DNA of 27,332 bases from Parcubacteria group bacterium. Its GTDB lineage: Bacteria; Patescibacteriota; Minisyncoccia; UBA6257; JACRHY01. Position numbers and translations under genes: made by a program. This document shows, one piece after another, positions 17,391 to 24,395 of the stretch. The stretch covers positions 1 to 27,332 of the forward strand of contig JACRHY010000021.1 in NCBI GenBank assembly GCA_016215765.1, read 5' to 3'. Numbering within the stretch: position 1 is the stretch's first letter; each line of letters begins with the position of its first letter. A model generated the notes under the pieces. The model did not search any database, had not been told where the DNA came from, and saw only the letters and a list, made by a program, of their open reading frames with translations.

Positions 17391-18065
17391 ATGTCTAAGT
17401 ATGGACGGAAATATACGCATGCAGTTATAGCCACGGACGTTGTGGTTTTTACGATCAAGGATGAAAAATTGCAGGCACTTTTGATTAAAATGAAAAAGCC
17501 GGAATTTCGCGGATACTGGGCCGTTCCGGGAGGTCTCGTCAAAGGAGAGGAGGGGCTTGAGACGGCCGCTTTCCGGCATCTATCGGAAAAAACTGGTATG
17601 CGAGGGGTGTATATTGAGCAGCTGCAAACATTTGGGGATCCAAAGCGGGATCCGTTTGGGCGGGTCGTTTCGGTCGCATATATCGCCCTTGTTTCCTGGG
17701 ACAAACACGAGTTAAAAACGTCGGAACAGTATGGGGGCGTCGCATGGTTTCCGATTGCCGGTCTCCCGAAACTTGCATATGATCACGAAGAGATCGTGCG
17801 TATGGCCGCTACGCGCCTTAAAGCAAAAATAGAATATACCAATATCGTGCGCGGATTGTTGCCGAGGAGGTTTACTCTTACCGAGCTCCAGCGTGCATAC
17901 GAGATCATTTTGGGGAAGGTGATTGATAAAAGGAATTTCAGGAAAAAAATATTGGAAACGAAAATCATTAAGGAAGTGAAAGGAAAAATTTCAAGCGGGG
18001 CGCACAGACCGGCGCGAATGTATCGATTTGTCGTCGACAAACCGCAGGCCGTTGAAATGCTGTAG
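17391..18065 (+). CDS. nrtR: NrtR family Nudix-wHTH transcriptional regulator
   Basis: WAVPGG, degenerate Nudix box (RHLSEKTG), EQLQTFGDPKRDP, LAYDH, and wHTH FTLTELQRAYE...DKRNFRKK...RPARMY. Confidence 0.93.
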   Translation: MSKYGRKYTHAVIATDVVVFTIKDEKLQALLIKMKKPEFRGYWAVPGGLVKGEEGLETAAFRHLSEKTGMRGVYIEQLQTFGDPKRDPFGRVVSVAYIALVSWDKHELKTSEQYGGVAWFPIAGLPKLAYDHEEIVRMAATRLKAKIEYTNIVRGLLPRRFTLTELQRAYEIILGKVIDKRNFRKKILETKIIKEVKGKISSGAHRPARMYRFVVDKPQAVEML

Positions 18066-18115
18066 AACCTATCTCAAAATATCTCCAGCCGGGATATATT
18101 TTGAGATAGGTTCTA
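18063..18115. repeat. Perfect 20-bp inverted repeat starting at the nrtR stop codon
   Basis: TAGAACCTATCTCAAAATAT (18063-18082) / ATATTTTGAGATAGGTTCTA (18096-18115), 13-nt spacer. Confidence 0.9.
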
Positions 18116-18133
18116 GTGCTAGGGGGAGTAAAT

Positions 18134-18185
18134 TTGACAGATAAACTTTCGGCGTGTTATATAGATAGTGTACACTTGACACGAA
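18134..18185 (+). promoter_or_regulatory. Promoter and NrtR-type operator upstream of the pncA-vWA unit
   Basis: TTGACA at 18134, AT-rich -10-like region at 18157-18163, operator ATA-GTGT-ACACTTG-ACAC-GAA at 18165-18185. Confidence 0.65.
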
Positions 18186-18344
18186 CTGATGGGGGGTGTA
18201 TGCTGGTAATAAATACAGTACGGAACGAAAAAGGAGGGGAGATGTTTGATGCTGTATGCGTCGCGGCATCAGACATCTCCGCTACTTTGCGGGGAGATAT
18301 CGAACAAGGGGTTTGATATCGTTCTTTAAAAATAGATAACCAGC

Positions 18345-18450
18345 TAAATCGACGAAGGGAGGTTTCGGTCATGAAAAAAAGAAAACGAATTACCGGTTAA
18401 ATCGATGAAGGGGCGCTTCTGTTTTGAAAAAAAGAAAACAGTTAACCGGC
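18345..18450 (+). repeat. Two tandem 53-bp degenerate direct repeats in the pncA leader
   Basis: 18345-18397 and 18398-18450 match at 41/53 positions without gaps. Confidence 0.75.
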
Positions 18451-18471
18451 CAAACCAAGGAGGTCTTTGCC

Positions 18472-19299
18472 ATGAAAAAAAATCTCAAGGTTCACCTCGT
18501 CATCATCGATCCGCAGAAGGATTTTATGGACGATCCCGATTCGGCCCTGCCCGTTGCCGGCGCCAACGCCGACATGAAGCGGGTGGCGGTCATGATCGAT
18601 CGCATTGGGCACAAACTCGAGGACATCCACGTGACTCTGGATTCGCATCGCGTCATTGACGTGGGGCATCCGGGAATGTGGCGGAACTCGGACGGCAGGA
18701 CGCCGGGGCCATTCACTATGATCTCGGCTGATGATATCAAAAACGGTATCTGGGCGCCGCGCGATCCCGCGCTCACCAAGCGCATGGTCGCATACGCGAA
18801 CGCTCTTGAAGCCGGCGGAAAATATCCGCTTATGGTCTGGCCGGAGCACTGTATCATCGGCACTCCGGGACACAACGCGCAGACCGACCTTATGGCGGCG
18901 CTCGTGCGGTGGGAGCGGAAGCATTTCGCGAACGTGGATTACGTGGTGAAAGGCACCAACACGTTCACCGAGCACTACGGCGCTTTGATGGCCGAAGTGC
19001 CGGATCCTTCCGATCCCGGTACGGGGCTCAACACCGCCTTTCTTGACGTGCTCGCGGATGCCGACATCGTCGCAGTCGCGGGAGAAGCGCTCTCGCATTG
19101 CGTGAAGTCCACCGTTTCCCAGATAGCCGAAAATATCGGCGCGGACCAGGTCAAGAAGTTTCATATCTTGATTGACGGTTCAAGCCCGGTTTCCAAAGTG
19201 GGGAACGGGCCCGACTTTCCGGCAATCGCGGCGGCGTGGCTTCGGGATATGGAGGCGCAGGGTATGAAACTCGTCAAGTCCGACGAATTTCTCGCCTGA
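18472..19299 (+). CDS. pncA: Nicotinamidase-like cysteine hydrolase (isochorismatase family)
   Basis: IIDPQKDF (Asp), TLDSH, WPEHC, VKG (Lys) and AGEALSHCV (Cys). AAGGAGG at 18457-18463 supports the ATG at 18472. Substrate inferred from gene context. Confidence 0.8.
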   Translation: MKKNLKVHLVIIDPQKDFMDDPDSALPVAGANADMKRVAVMIDRIGHKLEDIHVTLDSHRVIDVGHPGMWRNSDGRTPGPFTMISADDIKNGIWAPRDPALTKRMVAYANALEAGGKYPLMVWPEHCIIGTPGHNAQTDLMAALVRWERKHFANVDYVVKGTNTFTEHYGALMAEVPDPSDPGTGLNTAFLDVLADADIVAVAGEALSHCVKSTVSQIAENIGADQVKKFHILIDGSSPVSKVGNGPDFPAIAAAWLRDMEAQGMKLVKSDEFLA

Positions 19300-19333
19300 C
19301 CACCCCACTCATCAATCATACAGGAGACGCATC

Positions 19334-20083
19334 ATGCCAAAACTTACCGGGAGTACTATGGAAACGCGCAAGATTGGCGCGAGTAATTTCAATTTCACCG
19401 GAGCACGCATCGATAATCTGGGTGCGACGGAATACACTCTGGTGACGGTCGCGATTGACGTGACCGGCTCGGTATCCGGCTTTGAGGGTGATCTGCGGCA
19501 GGCGCTCATCGCTACCGTGGAGGCCTGCAAGAAGTCGCCGCGTTCGGAGAATTTACTCCTTCGGGTCGTTATGTTTTCTACCGCGGTCGGCGGCGTCTCG
19601 GAACTTCACGGCTTCAAGCCGCTTGCCGATATTGACCCGAATGATTACGCCGCGTTTGTTCCCGACGGAGGTACGCCGCTCTACGATGCGATGTACTCCG
19701 CTGTCGGAGCGACGGTGGTCTACGGAAAGGACCTCTGGGACAATGACTATCTCGTGAACGGCATCGTTTTCGTCATCACTGACGGAGCCGATAATGCGTC
19801 GGTTGCGACGCCGGTCATGATCAAGAAGAAAATTGACTCGGTGAAATCGGGCGAGAAACTTGAATCGCTCATCACCATCTTAGTCGGGGTGAATGCGCAG
19901 ATGTATCAGTGCGCTCTCGAGGAGTTTCGTGACAATGCCGGCATCACTCAATATATTGATGCCGGCGATGCGACCAAAGCCAAACTCGCCAAGCTCGCGG
20001 CGTTCGTCTCCCGATCGGTTTCAAGCCAATCACAGGCGCTTGGCACCGGCGGTCCGAGCCAAAATATCCAGGCCGTTATCTGA
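19334..20083 (+). CDS. von Willebrand factor A domain protein (TerY/YegL-like)
   Basis: MIDAS-like DVTGS, GGTPLYDA and FVITDGADN; CAGGAG RBS. Confidence 0.85.
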   Translation: MPKLTGSTMETRKIGASNFNFTGARIDNLGATEYTLVTVAIDVTGSVSGFEGDLRQALIATVEACKKSPRSENLLLRVVMFSTAVGGVSELHGFKPLADIDPNDYAAFVPDGGTPLYDAMYSAVGATVVYGKDLWDNDYLVNGIVFVITDGADNASVATPVMIKKKIDSVKSGEKLESLITILVGVNAQMYQCALEEFRDNAGITQYIDAGDATKAKLAKLAAFVSRSVSSQSQALGTGGPSQNIQAVI

Positions 20084-20094
20084 AGTATAGAGCT

Positions 20095-20124
20095 GGGGCG
20101 GCGACATTTCGCCGCCCCTTTTTT
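20095..20124 (+). terminator. Intrinsic terminator between vWA and PP2C genes
   Basis: Perfect 10-bp stem GGGGCGGCGA/TCGCCGCCCC, loop CATT, then T6. Confidence 0.8.
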
Positions 20125-20156
20125 CTTTCAGATGTTCACGCGCGGAGGGTATCGCA

Positions 20157-21044
20157 ATGAAGATATTTAGCACTGACCACTATTTTCACATCGGGCGTGC
20201 GCATACTCTTTCCGGAAAACCGAACCAGGACTATGCGATGTCGGGCGTGTTAAGAAACGGGGCATATGCAATCGTTTCTGACGGATGTTCGACAGGCGGG
20301 GCAACCGATGTCGGTGCGCGGGTAATCGCCCTCTCTCTTGTGGCGGCGATACGCGAATTACATCTGCCTAGCGCGGCCGTTTCTTCTGATGAAATGTTTG
20401 GTCCGCTCGATATTGTGCGTCGTCAAAACATACGGACCGCTACTGCCATGAAGCATCTCGGGCTTTCGCAGGATGACGCGCTCGCGACGTGCGTGTTCGC
20501 GTATCTTTCGGAGAATGGCGGCTATGTGCATGCGCGGGGAGACGGCGCCGTTGCGCTTGTAAAGAAAGACGGAACACTCATCCTTACGCGCATTGAATGG
20601 GAAGATAATATGCCATTTTATCCGGCGTACGCATATAAGCAGAAAACGCTTGACGATTTTATTGCCGCTCATGGCGGCGACATAAAGAGCGAGCGTGTGA
20701 CGGTTGAGACGTGCATGCTCGGACGCGACGGCTCCTATTCATGCGAAACGGCGCGACATATGCTTTCGGACGGACTTCTCGGGACGATCATCCCGATCGG
20801 TTCCGCGCTCATGGAAGAGCTTTCCTTTGTCGCCGTGTTTTCCGACGGAATTTCTCAATGCGGGGATCTTGATTGGAAAGATGCGGCGCGGTCTCTTGTA
20901 TCGTACAAAAATACGGCGGGAGAATTCGTCAAACGGCGAATGGCGCGATTTGTGAAAGACGAAGGAGCGTCAGGGCGCGATCCGATTGACGATATCGCAT
21001 GCGCCGCAATAAGCATCCGCGACGATGCGAGCGGACTTCCATAG
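20157..21044 (+). CDS. PP2C-family phosphatase (YegK-like)
   Basis: H...KPNQD, AIVSDGCS, AVFSDGI and DDIA metal-binding motifs; GGAGG RBS. Confidence 0.85.
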   Translation: MKIFSTDHYFHIGRAHTLSGKPNQDYAMSGVLRNGAYAIVSDGCSTGGATDVGARVIALSLVAAIRELHLPSAAVSSDEMFGPLDIVRRQNIRTATAMKHLGLSQDDALATCVFAYLSENGGYVHARGDGAVALVKKDGTLILTRIEWEDNMPFYPAYAYKQKTLDDFIAAHGGDIKSERVTVETCMLGRDGSYSCETARHMLSDGLLGTIIPIGSALMEELSFVAVFSDGISQCGDLDWKDAARSLVSYKNTAGEFVKRRMARFVKDEGASGRDPIDDIACAAISIRDDASGLP

Positions 21045-21097
21045 CTGCCGCGTCGCGGGCTTCGGTCCGCGGCGCGGAACGGGGGAGGGCGTATCAC

Positions 21098-22828
21098 ATG
21101 ATACGGAATGGCAATAGAAGGGTTGTCTTAGAAGGACGAGGGGCGCTCACGCTCTATCCCGGGGATTATATTACCTCTGGCGGCGAGGGGGCGATCTATA
21201 GGACGGGAAATACCGTCGTAAAGATCTACGCGGATGCAAAAAAAATGGCGCGTGACGGTATGGCGGACAAAATCGCGCTTCTCTCCGCGCTTTCGCATCC
21301 GTTCATCGTTGCGCCGAAAGGATTGGTACGCGACGAGAGGGGTGTCCCGATCGGGTACTACATGGATTTTGCTGACGGCGAACTGCTTCCGCGGCTTTTC
21401 ACGAATGATTTTCGTACACGCGTCGGATTCTCCGATGCGGGAGCAACGACGCTTGTCGCGGGAATGCGCGAGGCGGTACTCGCGGCGCATGCGCACAAGG
21501 CGATCATGGTTGACGGGAACGAGTTCAACTGGCTCGCGCTGTTACAAGGAAAGCAAAAGCCGGAACCGCGCGTGATTGACGTTGATTCGTGGGCGATAGG
21601 AAGGTGGCCGGCAACTGTCGTAATGCCTTCGATTCTTGACCGGCACATAAAGGGATTCACTGAATTCTCCGATTGGTTTTCATGGGGGGTGGTGAGTTTT
21701 CAGGTCTTTATCGGTATTCATCCGTATAAAGGGAAGCTTGACGGATTTCTCCCGGGAGATCTTGAAGGAAGAATGAAGGCGAATGCCTCGGTGTTCTCCA
21801 AGGATATACGGTTAAACAAAGCGGTGCGGGACTTCTCGGTTATTCCGAGGCCTCTCTATGATTGGTATAGGGGCGTGTTCCAAAACGGAGAGCGGAGCGT
21901 ACCGCCGTCTCCATTCGCGAAAAGCGCGAGTATTATCGCGGGAGCGAAAACGTTTTACGCGACCGCATCCGGATCCGGGCTTTTGGTTCACAGTAAACTA
22001 TTCGGCCAGTCTGGCGAGTGTGCAGTACGCGTGTTTCCGTCAGGGATCGCGCTTCTTGATTCGGGCGGACTTTTTAATCTCTCCGCGAAGAGATATATCG
22101 GGAAAGTCAGTTCGCTTGACTGCGAGGTCGTTTGGATCAAGGACGGATGGCTGGTGGCGGAATCAATAAAAGGCGGCGTTTCGTTTTCTTTTATCGACGC
22201 CACGGCGGGAGGAAGCATCCCGCTTAACGCGACACAACAATACTCCCGCATATTTCGGGCGGATGACAGATTATTCGCGGTTAGCGAAGGATCGCTTGTT
22301 GAACTGGGTGTGCGATTTGGGAAAAGCCCGATGCTTGTTGTAGAAAAAACATGGGGGATTATGAAACAATCGGCGCTTTTTTTCGACGGCGTCGGCGTTC
22401 AGTCCGCGCTTGGGGCGGCGTATCTCATTGTCCCATTCGGAGAGCGGTCGTGCGTATTTATTCGCGCGCGGGAGCTTGACGAGCTTACCGTTCTTTCGGC
22501 GAAAGGAGGCACGCGGTTTGCCGCAATCGTTGCGGTTGACAGGCGGGGAGTATTCTATAAGCTGGAGTTTACGTTTGACGAGGCGTACGCCTCTTACCGG
22601 TTGCGGCGGGGCGGGGTGGATAATCCCGATCTCAACATGGCCATACTGCCGAAGGGCGTATGCGCCACGATCGTTGACGATGGAGAGCTCGTTATATTTG
22701 CCCCGACATTCGGCGCCGTCAATCGCGTTTCGGATAAAAGTATTACGGCCGATGCGCAACTTTTCCGGCATGAGGACCGCGTCGTATACGTACGAAACGG
22801 TGAAGTGTGGCGCGTGCAGTTGAAATAA
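21098..22828 (+). CDS. YegI-like Ser/Thr protein kinase with long C-terminal region of unknown function
   Basis: SGGEGAIY, VKIY, DGNEFN catalytic loop, IDVDSW, SDWF and IHPYKG. GGGAGG RBS supports the ATG at 21098 (576 aa). Confidence 0.85.
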   Translation: MIRNGNRRVVLEGRGALTLYPGDYITSGGEGAIYRTGNTVVKIYADAKKMARDGMADKIALLSALSHPFIVAPKGLVRDERGVPIGYYMDFADGELLPRLFTNDFRTRVGFSDAGATTLVAGMREAVLAAHAHKAIMVDGNEFNWLALLQGKQKPEPRVIDVDSWAIGRWPATVVMPSILDRHIKGFTEFSDWFSWGVVSFQVFIGIHPYKGKLDGFLPGDLEGRMKANASVFSKDIRLNKAVRDFSVIPRPLYDWYRGVFQNGERSVPPSPFAKSASIIAGAKTFYATASGSGLLVHSKLFGQSGECAVRVFPSGIALLDSGGLFNLSAKRYIGKVSSLDCEVVWIKDGWLVAESIKGGVSFSFIDATAGGSIPLNATQQYSRIFRADDRLFAVSEGSLVELGVRFGKSPMLVVEKTWGIMKQSALFFDGVGVQSALGAAYLIVPFGERSCVFIRARELDELTVLSAKGGTRFAAIVAVDRRGVFYKLEFTFDEAYASYRLRRGGVDNPDLNMAILPKGVCATIVDDGELVIFAPTFGAVNRVSDKSITADAQLFRHEDRVVYVRNGEVWRVQLK

Positions 22829-22870
22829 TGCCCCGGATTTGGTTGTTTGTATGCATGTTCTTTGTTTTTG

Positions 22871-22910
22871 GCGGCGGAGGAGAGTATTCTCTCCTCCCGC
22901 CCGCTTTTTT
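22871..22910 (+). terminator. Intrinsic terminator after the kinase gene
   Basis: Stem GGAGGAGAG/CTCTCCTCC, loop TATT, extended GC pairing, then T6. Confidence 0.7.
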
Positions 22911-23018
22911 CAGCATAGTGCCTTGAAGGGAACGCGATTCTCTTTAATGCACCGTCTTGAAAGACGGAGGGTTGTTCTTTGATACGCAGTAATCGTGAAA
23001 TTAATATGGAGGCGTCGC

Positions 23019-24254
23019 GTGGATACGCAGATCATCAAATCGTTGCTTGATATTGATTTTTACAAGCTCACGATGCTCCAGTTCATTCATCGCCACTTCG
23101 GCGGCGTGCCGGTCGTCTTCTCGTTCTTAAACAGGACGAAAGAAGTCGATCTTACGCGCTACATTTCCGAAGCGGTTCTTCGCGAAGAAATCGCGCGAGT
23201 GCGGGATCTTTCGTTTACCGACGAAGAGGTCGCGTATCTCGCAAAGAATTCATTTTTACCACGGGGATTTTTCACGCCAGAGTTTCTCGGGTTTTTGAAA
23301 GAATTTCGCTTGCCCGAGCCTTCTGTCGTGTGGCGAAGAGGGAACTACGCGATCAATGTTTCCGGATCGTGGGCGGAAGCGACGCTCTGGGAGACGCTCA
23401 TACTATCGCTTGTAAACGAGCTCTATTATCGGGGCGTTCTTGCGGGCAAGGGGCTCCGGCTTGAGATCCTTTATCCGGAAGGCGAGGCGCGTCTTCGGAA
23501 AAAAATCGCCATCCTTGAGCAGCGTCCGCATGTGGCGTTCAGCGACTTCGGCACGCGAAGACGGTTTAGCCGGACATGGCAGGAGCATGTGGTTCGCACG
23601 CTCTCCTCCGAACTCCCCAAAAGCCAGATGCTCGGCACGTCAAATGTCCTACTTGCGAAAGAGTTCGACCTTCGTCCGATCGGGACATTTGCCCACGAGC
23701 TCTATATGGTGTTTTCGGGAATTTTCCGCGGGAGCGATGCGGAGATGCGCAATTCGCATAATATGGTGCTTCGGTTGTGGTGGGAGATGTACGGCGAGCC
23801 GCTTTCAATCGCGCTTACCGACACTTACGGAACGGACTTCTTTTTCCGCGATTTCACGGATGAACAGGCGCGGAAGTGGAGAGCGCTTAGGCACGATTCC
23901 GGCGATCCGGTCGCGTTCGGCAAAGGGGCGATTGCGTTTTATCGCGAACGCGGTATTGATCCGAGAGAAAAGACCCTGGTGTTCAGCGACGGTCTTGATA
24001 TTGACGCGATACTCGCCATTCACAAGGAGTTGTCATCTGAGATCGGCGTCGTATTCGGGTGGGGGACGAATCTCACCAACGATCTCGGGCCGCGCGCGCT
24101 TTCGCTCGTGATGAAGGTGGCGATTGCAAACGGTAATCGCGTCGTGAAGTTAAGCGACAACATCGCCAAAGCAACAGGAGACCCGCTTCTCGTCGAACGA
24201 TATAAGCGCGTATTCGGATACGCATCCGCGTTCAACGAATATCCCGTCTATTAA
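23019..24254 (+). CDS. pncB: Nicotinate phosphoribosyltransferase
   Basis: SLLDIDFYKLTM, DFGTRRRFS, GTSNV, GTFAHE, LTDTYGT, RHDSGDP, FSDGLD, FGWGTNLTND and KLSDN. GGAGG at 23008 supports the GTG at 23019. Confidence 0.95.
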   Translation: MDTQIIKSLLDIDFYKLTMLQFIHRHFGGVPVVFSFLNRTKEVDLTRYISEAVLREEIARVRDLSFTDEEVAYLAKNSFLPRGFFTPEFLGFLKEFRLPEPSVVWRRGNYAINVSGSWAEATLWETLILSLVNELYYRGVLAGKGLRLEILYPEGEARLRKKIAILEQRPHVAFSDFGTRRRFSRTWQEHVVRTLSSELPKSQMLGTSNVLLAKEFDLRPIGTFAHELYMVFSGIFRGSDAEMRNSHNMVLRLWWEMYGEPLSIALTDTYGTDFFFRDFTDEQARKWRALRHDSGDPVAFGKGAIAFYRERGIDPREKTLVFSDGLDIDAILAIHKELSSEIGVVFGWGTNLTNDLGPRALSLVMKVAIANGNRVVKLSDNIAKATGDPLLVERYKRVFGYASAFNEYPVY

Positions 24255-24264
24255 GTAATGTATC

Positions 24265-24305
24265 GGCCATGCCGCGCGTAATGCGGCATGGCCTTTTCTT
24301 TTTTT
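24265..24305 (+). terminator. Intrinsic terminator after pncB
   Basis: Perfect 11-bp stem GGCCATGCCGC/GCGGCATGGCC followed by a long T tract. Confidence 0.85.
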
Positions 24306-24335
24306 GCGCGTTCTCCACGCCGCGTTATAAGGGTC

Positions 24336-24394
24336 TTGACAGCGCGGCGCCACATGCGTATATTAGTGTATAATATACACTAATATACGCATGT
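24336..24394 (+). promoter_or_regulatory. nadE promoter with NrtR-type operator inside a 43-bp perfect palindrome
   Basis: TTGACA (24336)-17 bp-TATATT (24359). Operator TTA-GTGT-ATAATAT-ACAC-TAA at 24363-24383. 21-bp perfect arms at 24352-24372 and 24374-24394. Confidence 0.85.
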
Positions 24395-24395
24395 T

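Noticed and set aside
18345-18450. CRISPR array
   Set aside because: Only two adjacent degenerate units with no unique spacers, and no cas genes. No CRISPR-like array was seen elsewhere in the window.
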